From the NCBI RefSeq assembly GCF_044704955.1, contig NC_091979.1, positions 319,424,001 to 319,488,000 of the forward strand: 64,000 nt of DNA, in the 5' to 3' direction. The position numbers were made by a program, and so were the translations under genes. A model generated the notes under the pieces. That model saw nothing but the letters and a program-made list of their open reading frames with translations. It was not told the origin of the DNA and did not search any database. This stretch comes from Pristiophorus japonicus (taxonomy: Eukaryota). This document shows, one piece after another, positions 62,450-64,000 of this stretch (position 1 is its first letter; the number at the start of each line of letters is the position of its first letter).

Positions 62450-64000
62450 ATCCAGCAGTGACATCACAGGACAGCTGGTAAATGATTGGGGCTGAGGCGG
62501 ACCAGAGCGAGAGCGAGAGCGAGTGCTGAGCAACTCAACACAGGCTGAATTTGAAATAGTGACGTCAGAGTAAAAAAGCCAAAATGACATCGGCACAAAG
62601 GTGAGTAGCTGGTGAGTGTTTTTTTTAAATTTAAAGTTTATTTCTCCCAGGTTAGTTCATAGTCTATTAAATATGTCTGTACAAGATGGTTTTTTAGACC
62701 AGTATGTTGAGCAGTCTATGAGGGAACAGGCTATCCTAGATTGAATATTCTGCAATGAGATGACATTAATTAATAGTCTTGTTGCGCGCGGTCCTTCAGG
62801 GAAGAGTGACCATAACATGATAGAATTCTTTATTAAGATAGAAAGTGAAGTAGTCCAATCCAAAACAAGTATCCTAAATCTAAACACAGGAAACTACGAA
62901 GGTATGAGGAATGAATTGGCTATGATAGATTGAGAAGATTCATTAAAAGACATGATGGTGGATAGGCAATAGCTAACATTTAAGGAACGAATGCATGAAA
63001 TGCAACAGTTATACATTCCTTTCTGGTGCAAAAACACAAAAGGAAAAGTGGCCCGACCATGGCTAGCAAAAAAAATTAAGGATAGTAATAAGTGAGGTTA
63101 TCCACTTTGGTTGCAAAAACAGGAAGGCAGAATATTATCTGAATGGTGACAGATTAAGAAAAGGGTAGGTGCAACGAGACCTGGGTATCATGGTACATCA
63201 GTCACTGAAGGTCGGCATGCAGGTACAGCAGGCAGTAAAGAAGGCAAATGGCATGCTGGCCTTCATAGCAAGGGGATTTGAGTATAGGAGCAGGGAGGTC
63301 TTACTACAGTTGTACAGGGCCTTGGTGAAACCACACCTTGAGTATTGTGTGCAGTTTTGGTCTCCTAATCTGAGGAAGAACATTCTTGCTATTGAGGGAG
63401 TGCAGTGAAGGTTCACCAGCTTGATTCCCGGGATGGCAGAACTGACATATGAAGAAAGACTGTATCGACTAGGCTTATATTCACTGGAATTTAGAAGTAT
63501 GAGGGGGGATCTCATAGAAACATATAAAATTCTGACGGGATTGAACAGGTTAGATGCAGGAAGAATGTTCCCGATGTTGAGGAAGTCCAGAACCAGGGGT
63601 CACAGTCTAAGGATAAGGATTAAGCCATTTAGGACCGAGATGAGGAGAAACCTCTTCACCCAGAGAGTGGTGAACCTGTGGAATTCTCTACCACAGAAAG
63701 TTGTTGAGGCCAGTTTGTTAGATATATTCAAAAGAGAGTTAGATGTGGCCCTTATGGCTAAAGGGATCAAGGGGTATGGAGAGAAAGCAGGAATGGGGTA
63801 CTGAAGTTGCATGATCAACCATGATCATATTGAATGGTGGTGCAGGCTCGAAGGGCCGAATGGCCTACTCCTGCACCTACTTTCTATGTTTCTATGTTTC
63901 TATTCACAGAGGGGTCATACAAAGTTGCCAGAAAAAGTAGGAAGCCTGAGGATTATTGGGAGCAGTTCAGAATTCAGCAAAAAAGGACCAAGAGATTGAT
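62450..64000 (+). mobile_element. CR1 with nested CR1 3' fragment (duplicate of 39330-40895)
   Basis: LEYCVQFWSP and RTRGHSLRI..FTQRVVNLWNSLP, with a tail at 63881-63903. Confidence 0.9.

Larger units (their letters stand above)
56290..64000 (+). repeat. Segmental duplication paralogous to about 30660-40895
   Basis: Collinear, highly similar run: IFIT 3' half, UTR, CR1, 42-bp minisatellite, Harbinger remnant, 64-bp repeat and nested CR1. It runs off the window end. Confidence 0.95.

Overview
Eukaryotic (vertebrate) genomic DNA. The CR1/Harbinger/Tx1/RTE/Penelope repeat landscape suggests a cartilaginous fish, but this is inference. The window holds a tandem cluster of IFIT genes (interferon-induced proteins with tetratricopeptide repeats), all on the + strand. 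Three are intact two-exon genes, each with a tiny ATGAG exon 1 behind an ISRE promoter, one intron and a large exon 2: ATGs at 3061, 27599 and 49362 give proteins of 506, 485 and 485 aa. A fourth, 5'-truncated IFIT copy (36119-37472) is inserted with a 10-bp target-site duplication into a Harbinger Myb/SANT gene remnant, and the empty site is visible in the paralogous segment at 60898-60907. The paralogues are mosaics: copy 2 switches from copy-1-like to copy-3-like at about 30656-30673. Their N-terminal halves are almost identical except for a short hypervariable patch that aligns to the RNA 5'-end (cap/triphosphate) binding segment of human IFIT1/IFIT5. The rest is decayed, nested transposons (a Gypsy LTR element, many CR1 LINE pieces, Harbinger remnants and MITEs, and Tx1, RTE and Penelope fragments) plus TE-derived minisatellites. 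No prokaryotic system, CRISPR array or RNA gene is supported. Alignments to human IFITs were done by eye from remembered sequences.
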